Shown here: positions 19,677 through 29,762 of the stretch, in pieces
Layout: every line of letters begins with the position of its first letter
Position numbering within the stretch: position 1 is the stretch's first letter
Source: Flavobacteriales bacterium
Lineage (GTDB): Bacteria; Bacteroidota; Bacteroidia; CAIKAF01
Direction of reading: 5' to 3'
Length of the DNA: 64,000 nucleotides
Assembly: GCA_052437175.1 (NCBI GenBank)
Contig: JBQVOK010000008.1
Span: forward strand, 95,506 to 159,505
Program-made: the position numbers and the translations under genes
The notes under the pieces: generated by a model
Told to the model about the DNA's origin: nothing
What the model saw: only the letters and a program-made list of their open reading frames with translations
The model's database searches: none

Positions 19677-20990
19677 GTGAAGAAGATACTCATCCTTTCC
19701 TATTTCTTTCCGCCCTGTAATATGGTGGCCTCCCAGCGCATCTATTCCTGGTACAGGCATTTTCATAAATTCGGGTTGTACCCGGTGATTGTTACACGCC
19801 ACTGGAACCATGAAATAGATACCCTGCCCGATCTTTCGCGCCCGGATAACAGCCCACTGCGCATCGAGAAGAACGAATGGGGCGAGGTCCATTACCTGCC
19901 TTACCGGGGTACCCTGCGCGACCGTTTCATGACCCGGTACGGCAACCGCTATGCCCTGTTCCGCAGGTTCCTTACACTGGCCGAACTGTTTGCGCCCTAT
20001 ATCCACCCGGCCCTGAACCCTTTTCGTTCTTTCCGGGAATATGCAGATGCGTACATTGCAGACCAGAAACCCTCATTCCTGCTTATTTCCGCCAATCCGT
20101 ACACCCTTTTCCAGGTGGGGCATTACCTGCAGAAAAAGTATGGCATCCCCTGGTTTGCCGATTACCGCGACGACTGGACCCAGAATCACCTGCGGCAGAC
20201 CAGCTCTCCCCTGCAGAAAGCATTGCTGCGTATTGAAAAACGGGCCGAAAAAAAGTATATGAAACAGGTCGCGGCCATCCTCACCGTCTCCGGTGTACTG
20301 GTAAACCAGATTGCAGCCAGACTTAAAAAAGACAATGTTTACCTTATCGAAAACGGTGCAGAACTCGATTTTTACAATACCGACTTAAAAAATCCATATC
20401 CTGGGCAGAATTTTGTGATCTGCTATACAGGTATCATGTACGATTTTGGCTATATGGACACCTTTTACGAGGGCTTCCGGCAGTTTATCTCCGGCCTCGG
20501 GAGCGAAGAAACCGCAGGTATCCAGGTATATTTCATCGGAACGGAGACCAATGCAGGCCGGGCACGGGACAAAATGACGGAGCTGGCCGCGGCATACCCG
20601 CAGAATGTGGTGATCCTGAAAAAGCTTCCCGCCCCTGAAATAGCCCCATACCAGTTCTTTGCAAGCGTGCTGCTGAACCTGATCGTAGGAAATCCGGCCG
20701 ACGGCATCATCGGCGCAAAAACGTATACATACGCCGTTACCGGCAGGCCTATACTTGCCGTTACCCATGTACCCGGCAAAGATTCACCTTTTTTCCCCGG
20801 GCGCGATATACAGTACATCGCCAATACAGCCGCAGAAGTATATTCTTTCCTGAACGATATCTACCGCCGGGGGAAACAGGGTCAGGATACACATACATCC
20901 ATAACAGACGGGGAAAAATACACGCTTTCGAGAGAATACAACGCCCGCAGGCTGGCAGAGATCATCCTTGAAAAAGAAAAAAGGCCGTAA
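19677..20990 (+). CDS. Glycosyltransferase-like protein (GT4-like N-terminal domain); apparent GTG start
   Basis: MKKILILSYFFPP N-terminus resembles the GT4 N-domain; sits inside the glycosyltransferase cluster; no canonical C-terminal ExxxxxxxE motif recognised. Confidence 0.45.
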   Translation: MKKILILSYFFPPCNMVASQRIYSWYRHFHKFGLYPVIVTRHWNHEIDTLPDLSRPDNSPLRIEKNEWGEVHYLPYRGTLRDRFMTRYGNRYALFRRFLTLAELFAPYIHPALNPFRSFREYADAYIADQKPSFLLISANPYTLFQVGHYLQKKYGIPWFADYRDDWTQNHLRQTSSPLQKALLRIEKRAEKKYMKQVAAILTVSGVLVNQIAARLKKDNVYLIENGAELDFYNTDLKNPYPGQNFVICYTGIMYDFGYMDTFYEGFRQFISGLGSEETAGIQVYFIGTETNAGRARDKMTELAAAYPQNVVILKKLPAPEIAPYQFFASVLLNLIVGNPADGIIGAKTYTYAVTGRPILAVTHVPGKDSPFFPGRDIQYIANTAAEVYSFLNDIYRRGKQGQDTHTSITDGEKYTLSREYNARRLAEIILEKEKRP

Positions 20991-21016
20991 AACTTTATTA
21001 CCTTCGGGTTCAGAGA

Positions 21017-21937
21017 ATGAGTACACAAAGGGAAATATACCGCCAGGCTGATACCGGTTCCCTGCCCCTGTATTTTCAGCCTTTCTGGCTGGACGTAGTG
21101 GCACCGGAACAATGGGACGTACGTTTTGCCGACAGCCATGGTGCTTCGCCCTTTGTCTTTGCCCGTAAGGGCTCCCGGGTATTTATGCCGCCCTTTACCC
21201 AGTTCCTGGGCCCCTGTTTCCAGGTTACCGACGCCAAGTATACCAACCGACTTTCCCGCGATCATGAACAGACCGCGCGCGTGCTGGATGCACTTCCCTC
21301 CTACGACTCCCTGCACCTGCAACTGGGCACCCATGTGCAGAACATGCTGCCGTATATATGGAAAAAAATGTCGGTAAGTCCGCGGTATTCCTATATTCTG
21401 CCTGCCGGAAAGAGTCCGGGGGAAGCCTTTTCGGACTTCCGGGAGAACATACGCCGTGAGATCCGCAAGGCCGAAAAACAGTTTCGTGTACACCGCGCAT
21501 CCGCAGCAGAGATCCCGGCCCTGTTGCCGCATTTCGATCTGCGCAGGACCATTAAGGACCCGGCCAATATCCCGGTATTACAGGCGCTTATCGGGGCCTG
21601 TTATACAAACGAGGCAGGCTATGTACTGGTGGCCCTGGACAGCCGGGACCTTCCGCAGGCCTTTATTTTCCTGGCACACGATAACAGCAGTATGTACTAC
21701 ATAAGCGGGGCCGGAACCGAAAGCGGCAAAAAAGGCGGGGCCCTGAGCATGCTCATGTGGCAGGGCATACAACGTGCGCTGAGCAGCGGCAGAGCTTTTG
21801 ATTTTGAAGGTTCCATGGTGCCTTCCATCGAGCGCTTTTTCCGGGCCTTCGGCAGTGAACAAAAGGTGTATTTCGAAGTACGCAGCTTCCCGTCCCTGCT
21901 GCGGCGTTTTGTATACTGGTGGCGCATTCTCCGCTGA
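21017..21937 (+). CDS. FemAB/BioF2-like GNAT-fold acyltransferase
   Basis: Length and FQPFWLDVV...FLGPCF pattern resemble FemAB-family (Acetyltransf_6) proteins common in polysaccharide loci. Confidence 0.4.
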   Translation: MSTQREIYRQADTGSLPLYFQPFWLDVVAPEQWDVRFADSHGASPFVFARKGSRVFMPPFTQFLGPCFQVTDAKYTNRLSRDHEQTARVLDALPSYDSLHLQLGTHVQNMLPYIWKKMSVSPRYSYILPAGKSPGEAFSDFRENIRREIRKAEKQFRVHRASAAEIPALLPHFDLRRTIKDPANIPVLQALIGACYTNEAGYVLVALDSRDLPQAFIFLAHDNSSMYYISGAGTESGKKGGALSMLMWQGIQRALSSGRAFDFEGSMVPSIERFFRAFGSEQKVYFEVRSFPSLLRRFVYWWRILR

Positions 21938-21993
21938 GCATTTTTACGGTATATCTCCCAAAAACGTCAACTTTATCGTTACTTTGTGGCTAC

Positions 21994-22863
21994 ATGAGCA
22001 CTGAACATCAGCAATGTTTATTATCGGGCAGTAGGGACCTGCGGCCCCTGAAAGGTTATGAAGGCCTGGTGAAAAGTAGTCCCCTGGGCTTTGTTTTCGA
22101 CCGGCGTATTCCCACACCCGAAGAGCTGCAGGCACATTATGCCGCCTATTCCCGGAACGACTACCTTTCGCCCCTTACCATAAAAAGGTATAACGAGCTG
22201 CTCGATCTTTTTGAGCCTTTCCGCAAAACCGGCAGGATACTTGACCTGGGCTGTGGGGTAGGCTATTTCCTGGAAGAGGCCCGTAAAAGAGGCTGGGAGA
22301 CCTATGGCACCGAATTTACCCGGGAGGCCATCGATATCTGTTCGGCAAAGGGCATTCAGATGCAGAAAGGCAAGACCCGTGCGGATATGTTCCCCCCGGA
22401 TGCCTTCGATATCGTTACCTCTTTCGAGGTTATTGAGCATATCAGCTATCCCCTGGAGGAAATGGACTGTGTACGGCATTTCCTGCGCAAAGGCGGACTG
22501 TTTTACTGTACCACGCCCAACTTCAATGCCCTGGAACGTTACCGGCTCAAATCGGCATACCGCGTTATCGCCTATCCCGAACACCTGAGCTATTATACGC
22601 CCCGCACCTTTCATTACCTGATGCGGCAGAAAGGCATGAAAAAAGTATTCCTGAAGACCACGGGAGTAAGCATAAGCAGCCTGCTCGGCGACGAAAAGGC
22701 TGCAGCGGCCGCCGGGGCGGTAAGTGCCGGGTCTAAAGACGAAAAACTGAGGGAGGCCCTCGACTCCGGCTTCCTGAGCCGCAGTGCCAAAACCATTATG
22801 AACGCCCTTCTTTCGCTGGCAGGAGTGGGCAATTCTCTGAAAGCCGCATACATTAAACAATAA
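21994..22863 (+). CDS. Class I SAM-dependent methyltransferase
   Basis: ILDLGCGVGYF glycine-rich SAM-binding motif; start moved to the internal ATG at 21994, after the stop of the upstream gene. Confidence 0.8.
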   Translation: MSTEHQQCLLSGSRDLRPLKGYEGLVKSSPLGFVFDRRIPTPEELQAHYAAYSRNDYLSPLTIKRYNELLDLFEPFRKTGRILDLGCGVGYFLEEARKRGWETYGTEFTREAIDICSAKGIQMQKGKTRADMFPPDAFDIVTSFEVIEHISYPLEEMDCVRHFLRKGGLFYCTTPNFNALERYRLKSAYRVIAYPEHLSYYTPRTFHYLMRQKGMKKVFLKTTGVSISSLLGDEKAAAAAGAVSAGSKDEKLREALDSGFLSRSAKTIMNALLSLAGVGNSLKAAYIKQ

Positions 22864-22867
22864 ACTT

Positions 22868-24319
22868 GTGGACAGCTATCTGAGTCATATAGGACAGTTT
22901 TCGGTCACAGATCACCTGGTGGCCCTGCTGGTAATGACCGGGCTGCTCATACTGGGATGGCAGAAGCAGCAGCGTATTTATGCCGCCTTACCGGAACAGA
23001 AACCCCGTCTTTACTTTGCCGGGTTTGCCTACAAGGTGGTGTTCTCGTACCTGTTTGCCCTGGTGTATTTCTTTTATTACGGCGGTGGCGACACCATTGC
23101 CTATTTTTCGAACGGGCTTATTATGCAGCGCCTGCTGATCGATAACCCGGCCGGTTTCTTCCGGCTTTTCCTGGCCCCGTCCATAAGCTGGGAAGATTAT
23201 TTTACCTATTTCAACAGTTATACCGGCTACCCCGAAATGTCGCTTTCGACCAAGGCCAATAACCATATGGTGGTAAAAGCAAGCACACTGCTGAACATAG
23301 CCGGGCTCAACAATTTTTTTGCCACCAGCATGGTTTTCGGAGCCATTGCCTACCAGTTCATCTGGAAATTCTACCGCACCTTCTGCAGCATCGCTCCGGG
23401 AAGGGAAAAAATACTGGGTTTTGTTTTTCTCTTTTTCCCCTCCTTTGTGTTCTGGAGCAGTGGTATCATGAAAGACACCATCTGCGTGGCCGCCATTGCC
23501 GAACTGGTCTATGTGTTTTACCACGGCTTTATCCGCAGGGAACGCAAACTCCGCTACCTGTTTTCAGCCCTGGTATGTACGTACCTGCTCTTTGTCGTTA
23601 AACCCTACCTGCTGCTGGCCCTGGTCCCCGGCTTTCTTTTCTGGGGGCCTTTTACCTGGCTCCGCTCCCTGAAAAGTCCATTACTGCGGTTCCTGTTCTT
23701 TCCCTTTATTATACTGGTCTCCGGCGCGGGTATCTACCTTTTTTTCCGGCAGGGGCTGGAATCCAGTTCCCTCGGCTCTACCGACGATGCCTTGCGTTAT
23801 GCTTCCGTTGTACAGCAGGACCTGATCCGTTCTGACCAGTATGGCGATAACTTTATAGACATAGGAGCCTTCGACCCCACCATCAGCGGTGTAGTCAGCA
23901 AAATACCCATAGCCGTATCCGTAGGACTTTTCATGCCTTTTCTCTGGCAGGCCCGGAACCCCGTAATGTTCATGAGCGGCCTCGAAAATACCTTCCTGCT
24001 CCTGATGACGCTTTATTTCCTTTTCCGGACACGCATATACGGAATTTTCGCTTATACATTCTCCAACCCCGTACTCCTGTTCTGCATCACATTCTCCCTG
24101 GCCACGGCCTTTATTGTAGGACTTACCACGGCTAATTTCGGGGCCCTTGTACGTTACAAGATACCCTTGCTGCCCTTCTTTATTTCGTACTTTATTATTC
24201 TCATCGATACCATGCAGAAGAAAAAAGCGGAGCAGGAAGAGAACGAGAGCGGGCAAGAAGATCAGCTGCGGAGTTTTAAGAATGCCGAAAAGCGGATCGT
24301 GGCACGCAACACGTTTTAA
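22868..24319 (+). CDS. Polytopic membrane protein, possible polysaccharide polymerase/ligase (Wzy-like)
   Basis: At least 10 hydrophobic helices; terminal position in the polysaccharide locus; no catalytic motif recognised; GTG start. Confidence 0.4.
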   Translation: MDSYLSHIGQFSVTDHLVALLVMTGLLILGWQKQQRIYAALPEQKPRLYFAGFAYKVVFSYLFALVYFFYYGGGDTIAYFSNGLIMQRLLIDNPAGFFRLFLAPSISWEDYFTYFNSYTGYPEMSLSTKANNHMVVKASTLLNIAGLNNFFATSMVFGAIAYQFIWKFYRTFCSIAPGREKILGFVFLFFPSFVFWSSGIMKDTICVAAIAELVYVFYHGFIRRERKLRYLFSALVCTYLLFVVKPYLLLALVPGFLFWGPFTWLRSLKSPLLRFLFFPFIILVSGAGIYLFFRQGLESSSLGSTDDALRYASVVQQDLIRSDQYGDNFIDIGAFDPTISGVVSKIPIAVSVGLFMPFLWQARNPVMFMSGLENTFLLLMTLYFLFRTRIYGIFAYTFSNPVLLFCITFSLATAFIVGLTTANFGALVRYKIPLLPFFISYFIILIDTMQKKKAEQEENESGQEDQLRSFKNAEKRIVARNTF

Positions 24320-25593
24320 TCGAAACGAATGGCCCGTATGGGCTTCACTCTTTTTACCGCCTGCACCGGCAGCAACATGGCCAGCAGGCACACGGCAAAT
24401 GTTCCGGCATTGATGATCAGCAGCCATTGCCAGCTGAAATGCATCGGTACCACTTCTACGTAGTAGGTTGCTTTATCCAGCTTAATGATGCGGTACGTAT
24501 TCTGCAGGAAGATCACCAGCAGGGCCACGGCATTACCCGCCAGCATGCCCGTACCCGTGATCCAGGCAGAGCGGTACAGGAAAATACGCACCAGCAGGCG
24601 GTGTGTGGCTCCCAGCGCACGCAGGATGCCTATCATCTGGGTCTTTTCCAGGATCAGGATCAGCAGGGCCGAGGTCATGCTTACCATCCCGATCAGGATC
24701 ATCAGGGTAATAATAATGAACACGTTGATGTTCTGGTATTCGAGCCAGAGAAAGATCTCGGGTTCTATTTCCTTTACGTTGCGCACGTTCAGGTCGAAAG
24801 GCGTTTGCAGGCGTACCTCTTCGGTAAGTGCGTCGAGCTGGTCCACATCGTTGAGCATTACCTCGTACCCGGCCACCGACGAATAATACCAGTTATTGAG
24901 GTCCTGCACCTGGCGCATATCGCACCACACGATCTTTTCGTCCAGTTCGGCCAGCCCGGTTTCGTATATACCTGCAATGCGAAAACGGCGCGGGGCCCGC
25001 TGCGGGGACTCGATCTCGGGTACTTTTTCACCCGGCCGGTTAATGAAATAGGCCGTAATGGTATCGTTCAGCTTCAGGAATAATTTTTTACACAGTTCTG
25101 TCGAAACCACGATGTCCGAAGAACTTTGCAGGGAATCGCCCCGGTATACCGGAGCCGTTCCTTCTTTTAAATACCGTTCGAAAAAAGTTGGGTTATACGA
25201 TGCTGGCAAACCTTTATAAAGCACGCCCTGTATCTCGCTGCCGGTCTTAATGATGGCCGGCTTGGACGCAAAGGCCTGCACATAGGCAACACCTTCTATG
25301 GTCTGCAGGGCAAGCGGCAGGCTGGGATCGAACGGTACCGGCTCTACTTCAAAGGAATTACCGCTGGAAAAACCGGTAACCTGGATATGCGCCTGCAAAC
25401 CGGTCACTTTTTCAGTGATCTCGCCCTGGAAACCGGTAACGATGGATACGGAAACGATCATAACGGCCAGGGAAAGCGCCACCGTAGCGGATGCCAGCCA
25501 TACGATAGGCCCTGCAAAACCGCGGTTCTTATTCCAGCCGGAGATCTTCGACGCTATAAAATAAGCCGTATTCATTCGGCCTCTAAAGTACAA
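24316..25593 (-). CDS. FtsX/LolE-like ABC transporter permease
   Basis: N-terminal TM, large periplasmic domain, then three C-terminal TM helices; C-terminus VKRVKPIRAIRFD is typical of the LolC/E-MacB family. Confidence 0.8.
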   Translation of the reverse strand: MYFRGRMNTAYFIASKISGWNKNRGFAGPIVWLASATVALSLAVMIVSVSIVTGFQGEITEKVTGLQAHIQVTGFSSGNSFEVEPVPFDPSLPLALQTIEGVAYVQAFASKPAIIKTGSEIQGVLYKGLPASYNPTFFERYLKEGTAPVYRGDSLQSSSDIVVSTELCKKLFLKLNDTITAYFINRPGEKVPEIESPQRAPRRFRIAGIYETGLAELDEKIVWCDMRQVQDLNNWYYSSVAGYEVMLNDVDQLDALTEEVRLQTPFDLNVRNVKEIEPEIFLWLEYQNINVFIIITLMILIGMVSMTSALLILILEKTQMIGILRALGATHRLLVRIFLYRSAWITGTGMLAGNAVALLVIFLQNTYRIIKLDKATYYVEVVPMHFSWQWLLIINAGTFAVCLLAMLLPVQAVKRVKPIRAIRFD

Positions 25594-25634
25594 AGAAGTT
25601 CAGTTCTTACAGATATTCTTCCTTCGTATATGCA

Positions 25635-27452
25635 TCAATATCCGCTGTGTATCCATTTGTGCATAGCCATACGGTTCCCCGAACGCAAACGGAGTAGATA
25701 CATTCCCGCAGGCAGGCTGCCCGTGCTCCAGTGCTGCATCTGTACGCCGGCAGATGCATACAGCCGCGTTACTGCGATCTGCTGACCCGCTGCGTTGTAA
25801 AGTGTTGCGGAAAGATCGGTCGCTTCCGGGCTGTGCAGCATAAAGGCAAGCGTGCCCGATTGCAGGCTGCAGGAACTTACCCGGAAACCGGGAAGCGTTT
25901 CTTCCGCAACCCCGGAAGTACCCCCGGAAGTGTCCTGTTCCGCTTGTTCCGGTCCGCAGCGCGAAAAAGATCCGCTGCCCGTACGGTAACGATAGAGAGC
26001 CGGGTTGATGTCCTGCTCAAACGTATTCGGGATACCCACGGAAGGCAGGGGCCGCAGGATATTCCAGTAGTCAGGCGGTATCGCAGGCAGATAGTACGAC
26101 ACGTCGTTCAGGCTTCCCGTACCGGCCGGCGTAATGGTCCCCTTTACATTATTGCCGTACTGAAAATGTCCGCTGCCCTGCAGGTTGTAAAACCCGAGAG
26201 CGCCTGTGATGTCATTGCCCACGAAATTCTGTCCGTCGCTCTGCACAGAACCGGACGACATCATCAGTCCATACAGCTCTATTTTATTACGGAAAAACGT
26301 ATTGTAAGGCCCCGAAGGCCCCCATACAATATCGATCTGCAGGTTTTGTGCAATATTCCCTTCAAACAGGTTGGCAAAGGCATAGTGGCCATGCAGGCAG
26401 ATATCCGCTGCATAATCGGGAATGGGCTCCGAGCGTAAGGGTTCCCGGGAATAATTATAACCGAACACATTGCCGTTGGCGCCCTGCTTTACGATCATGG
26501 CATGGCGCAGCTTACGGAAGATGCAGTTCTCCACACGGTTGGAGGCGGCATGCGCGATCAGAAGTACGCCGTAACCGCGCGTACCCGAACCATCGTAGGC
26601 AAAAGCTTCATGAAAATAAGATTTGGACACTTGTGTATGCGCCGTACTTTCCAGCAAAACATGGGCATATACGCTTTTAAAACTCTCTACACCGCGTATA
26701 TAGCAATTCCGTGCAAAGCTGAAATAAAAGCCATAACCGCCTGAGCCGGCATCAGTGCGGGTCATACTGAAACACTCAAAACCCACGGCCTGCCGGGGTG
26801 TTATACGCCGGATCTCCGGCTGCAGAAGCGGATCCATATCTATACGCAATGCTTCGTCCAGCCAGATGGTATCGCCCGAAACGGAGTCGATGCGGGCCAG
26901 GTGCCCTACGGAAAAAGAGGCCCAGGAAGCGGGAGCGATGTCCCAGGCACCGTTGGTCTGGCGTATCTCGATACAGTCACCCACATTAAAAGCCGCCTGT
27001 CCCGGGGGCAGGAACAATTTACGTGAGTTGCGCCGGAACCCGCCGGCAAGAGCCGTAAAGGACTGGTTCTGGTTACTGCGGATGTTGAAACTGTTGCCGG
27101 AACCACCCTGGAAACGGAATTCAAAACGGGTGGAATCGGCGCCGTCGCCACGGATAATGACGCTGTCGGGCAGGGAAATGCTGCTGTGGAAACGATAGGT
27201 ACCCGCCGGGAAATACAGGATGCGGGGCTCTCCTGAAGCAGCGGCCAGGGCGGCGTTCAGGGCCGGCGCATCGTCGAGCGTATCGTCGGGAACGGCCCCG
27301 AAGCCGGTGATCAGCGAAACAGGCCAGTTAGCACCGAAAGATGCTTCCAGACCGGCGGCAGACCAGTCGGTACGCAGGGTATCGGGTATCACCTGTGCCA
27401 GGCCGAATGCACAGGAAAAGAGGCCCAGCAGGGCCGTAAGTACAGGTTTCAT
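25635..27452 (-). CDS. Secreted right-handed parallel beta-helix (pectate-lyase-fold) protein with a T9SS C-terminal domain
   Basis: Signal peptide; repeated N/G-rich beta-helix rungs (NVFGYNYS, GNDITGALGFYN); C-terminal T9SS CTD (ATLYNAAGQQIAVT...GMYLLRLRSGN). Confidence 0.7.
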   Translation of the reverse strand: MKPVLTALLGLFSCAFGLAQVIPDTLRTDWSAAGLEASFGANWPVSLITGFGAVPDDTLDDAPALNAALAAASGEPRILYFPAGTYRFHSSISLPDSVIIRGDGADSTRFEFRFQGGSGNSFNIRSNQNQSFTALAGGFRRNSRKLFLPPGQAAFNVGDCIEIRQTNGAWDIAPASWASFSVGHLARIDSVSGDTIWLDEALRIDMDPLLQPEIRRITPRQAVGFECFSMTRTDAGSGGYGFYFSFARNCYIRGVESFKSVYAHVLLESTAHTQVSKSYFHEAFAYDGSGTRGYGVLLIAHAASNRVENCIFRKLRHAMIVKQGANGNVFGYNYSREPLRSEPIPDYAADICLHGHYAFANLFEGNIAQNLQIDIVWGPSGPYNTFFRNKIELYGLMMSSGSVQSDGQNFVGNDITGALGFYNLQGSGHFQYGNNVKGTITPAGTGSLNDVSYYLPAIPPDYWNILRPLPSVGIPNTFEQDINPALYRYRTGSGSFSRCGPEQAEQDTSGGTSGVAEETLPGFRVSSCSLQSGTLAFMLHSPEATDLSATLYNAAGQQIAVTRLYASAGVQMQHWSTGSLPAGMYLLRLRSGNRMAMHKWIHSGY

Positions 27453-27527
27453 CGTGTGTCAGAAAAAGGTGATACAAGATAACAAAGTATCCCGTTCTGC
27501 AAACTAAGTATACTGAAAATGTTTAGC

Positions 27528-28331
27528 TTAACTACTGAAGATATTGTACTTCAGGATACAGAAAATAGCCCGGAACCCGTCCTGCCAGCCGATCTTCTTG
27601 CCTTCTTCGTAGGTACGTCCGTAATACGAAATTCCTACTTCGTAGATGCGTACACGGGGCACGCGGGCAATTTTGGCGGTCACTTCCGGCTCAAAACCGA
27701 AACGTTTCTCTTCCAGGGGGATCGACTGCAACATTTTGGTATTGAAGAGCTTGTAGCATGTTTCCATGTCCGTAAGGTTCAGGTTGGTGAACATATTGGA
27801 CAGGAAGGTGAGGAACTTATTACCGATGGTATGCCAGAAGAAGAGGATGCGGTGGGCATTGCCGCCCATAAAACGGGAGCCGTACACCACATCGGCATAG
27901 CCGTCGATCACGGGTTTCAGCAGGATATTGTATTCTTCGGGATCGTATTCCAGGTCGGCATCCTGTATAATGAGATAATCGCCTGTAGCTTCTGCGATAC
28001 CGGTATGCAGGGCTGCGCCTTTGCCCATGTTCACGGGGTGTTTGTAATACCGGATATTGAAATCGGGGTTCTCCTGCTGGTATTTCAGGATGGATTCCTC
28101 GGTATGGTCGCGGCTGCAGTCGTTCACTAGGATCACCTCTTTCTCGATGTTGTTCAGCAGTTGAACTGCCTTTACCTTATTCAGGATCAGGTGAATGGTA
28201 TTCCCTTCATTGTAGGCGGGGATCACGATGGACAGTTTGGAGACCGGCTTCTCTGCAGACACGTTTCGAGGTAATTTTTTGCAATGATACGGAAAAACAA
28301 CTAATCCGAACGGTTCTTCTCCCATAAGCAC
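27528..28331 (-). CDS. Glycosyltransferase family 2 (Dpm1/polyprenyl-phosphate glycosyltransferase-like)
   Basis: [14 protein letters not shown]...VNDCSRDHT...[14 protein letters not shown]2 motifs. Confidence 0.8.
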   Translation of the reverse strand: MLMGEEPFGLVVFPYHCKKLPRNVSAEKPVSKLSIVIPAYNEGNTIHLILNKVKAVQLLNNIEKEVILVNDCSRDHTEESILKYQQENPDFNIRYYKHPVNMGKGAALHTGIAEATGDYLIIQDADLEYDPEEYNILLKPVIDGYADVVYGSRFMGGNAHRILFFWHTIGNKFLTFLSNMFTNLNLTDMETCYKLFNTKMLQSIPLEEKRFGFEPEVTAKIARVPRVRIYEVGISYYGRTYEEGKKIGWQDGFRAIFCILKYNIFSS

Positions 28332-28354
28332 GGCCTGTTCATGGAGCCTAACGT

Positions 28355-28792
28355 TCAGTTCATTTTAAACTGGATAGGAACAATATATTTGAGCCTTGTC
28401 GGTTTTCCTTTCTGCGTTGCCGGCTGCATACGGGGAAGTGCTGAAATTACGCGGAGGGCTTCTTCTTCCATACCATAGCCGAGCACGACTTCCGGTTTTT
28501 TGTTCTTTACATCTACAATATACCCTGTACTGTCGATGATGAATTCTACGTAAACGGTACCTTCTTTACCAGCCTGTACCGCCTCTTTCGGATAGGTAAG
28601 ATTCCTGACTATAAATTGTCCCAGGCTGCGGTCAAAACATTCCAGGCGCTTATCATTATTGAATTTTGCATCACATCCGGGGAAAAGAGGAAGCACTTCT
28701 TTTGCCCTCCGGAGGCTTCTTGGCATGTCTTTCTGCGCAGAAACCAATAAAGGGAAACTCAAAAAAAGTATAATGAAAATTTTACGGATCAT
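28355..28792 (-). CDS. Secreted standalone TonB C-terminal-domain protein (paralogue 1 of 4)
   Basis: Signal peptide; the FPGCD...C motif shared by all four paralogues; TonB_C-like [12 protein letters not shown]...ALPRMQPA. Confidence 0.7.
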   Translation of the reverse strand: MIRKIFIILFLSFPLLVSAQKDMPRSLRRAKEVLPLFPGCDAKFNNDKRLECFDRSLGQFIVRNLTYPKEAVQAGKEGTVYVEFIIDSTGYIVDVKNKKPEVVLGYGMEEEALRVISALPRMQPATQKGKPTRLKYIVPIQFKMN

Positions 28793-28811
28793 CGTATTAA
28801 ATACGTATGTA

Positions 28812-29261
28812 CTATCCTAATTTAAATGAAAGGGGTATTGCATATTTAACCGCTACCGGCTTTCCTTCATGCACAGCAGGCTGCATACGCGGCAGTTTTT
28901 TCACCACACGCACAGCTTCCTTCACCAGTGAGGGATGAATCTTGTCATCCGGCCTTGTATTCCTTATATCAGTAACATAGCCCTCACGGTCTATAACTAC
29001 TTCCAGGTATACGGTACCCTGTGCTTCCACCTCGCGCGCGTCTGAAGGATAGTATATATTCCTGTTCAATAAAATGCCGAGTTGTACGTCAAAACATTTA
29101 CGCAATTCTTCAGCAGACTCCAGCGACTCACAACCCGGAAAAACAGGCGGTCTGTCTGCTTCTTCAAAAGACATCAGTGAATCGGCCGGTGCCTGCGCGC
29201 GGACTACGTTTAAAGCAACACTAAAAAAAGCCAGCAGGCTCAGGAAAATAAATTTACGCAT
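28812..29261 (-). CDS. Secreted standalone TonB C-terminal-domain protein (paralogue 2)
   Basis: Signal peptide; FPGCESLESAEELRKCF; AQGTVYLEVVIDREGYV...LPRMQPAVHEGKPV. Confidence 0.7.
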   Translation of the reverse strand: MRKFIFLSLLAFFSVALNVVRAQAPADSLMSFEEADRPPVFPGCESLESAEELRKCFDVQLGILLNRNIYYPSDAREVEAQGTVYLEVVIDREGYVTDIRNTRPDDKIHPSLVKEAVRVVKKLPRMQPAVHEGKPVAVKYAIPLSFKLG

Positions 29262-29280
29262 TATTACAGGTATAAAAATT

Positions 29281-29739
29281 CTAATTCAACACAAAACGCA
29301 CCGGTTGCACAAACTGTACATTTACCGGTTCCCCGTTCAGCATAGCGGGTCTGCTCATGGCCGGCAGTTTCTTCAGCACGCGTATGGCCTCGGCCTCCAG
29401 CTCTTTATTATAGGTACGCCCCGTTACACTGCGCACCTCTTTAACTTCGCCTTCGGTGCCGATGGTAAAGCGCACGTATACCACGCCGGAGATGCCCTCT
29501 TCACGGGCCATGGGCGGATATTTTACATTCTGTATGATCACATTCCGCACACCCTCCTGGAAACAGCCCAGGAGCGAAGTCTCGCTGGTTTCCCCGTCAC
29601 AACCGGGAAAAACGGGTACTGTGCTGAAGGATCCTTCGAAACCGGTCCTGATGGCAGGTTCCGGGGCTTCGGGCTGCGCGTAGGAGGCTGCACAGGTCAG
29701 GCCGGAGATCAGCAGGGCGAAGAAGAGTAATTTTTTCAT
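29281..29739 (-). CDS. Secreted standalone TonB C-terminal-domain protein (paralogue 3)
   Basis: Signal peptide; FPGCDGETSETSLLGCF; EGISGVVYVRFTIGTEGEV...LPAMSRPAMLNGEPV. Confidence 0.7.
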   Translation of the reverse strand: MKKLLFFALLISGLTCAASYAQPEAPEPAIRTGFEGSFSTVPVFPGCDGETSETSLLGCFQEGVRNVIIQNVKYPPMAREEGISGVVYVRFTIGTEGEVKEVRSVTGRTYNKELEAEAIRVLKKLPAMSRPAMLNGEPVNVQFVQPVRFVLN

Positions 29740-29762
29740 GGAGACTTATTTCGGTAAAAATA

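Noticed and set aside
19677-20990. Possible integrase or recombinase near the glycan locus or the RNA-repair island
   Set aside because: No tyrosine/serine recombinase motifs (R...HxxR...Y) were found in any frame around 29700-35200 or at the ends of the glycan locus. The island currently has no visible mobility gene.
22021-22860. 279-aa minus-strand ORF opposite the class I methyltransferase
   Set aside because: Antisense. The plus-strand product has a SAM-binding glycine motif.
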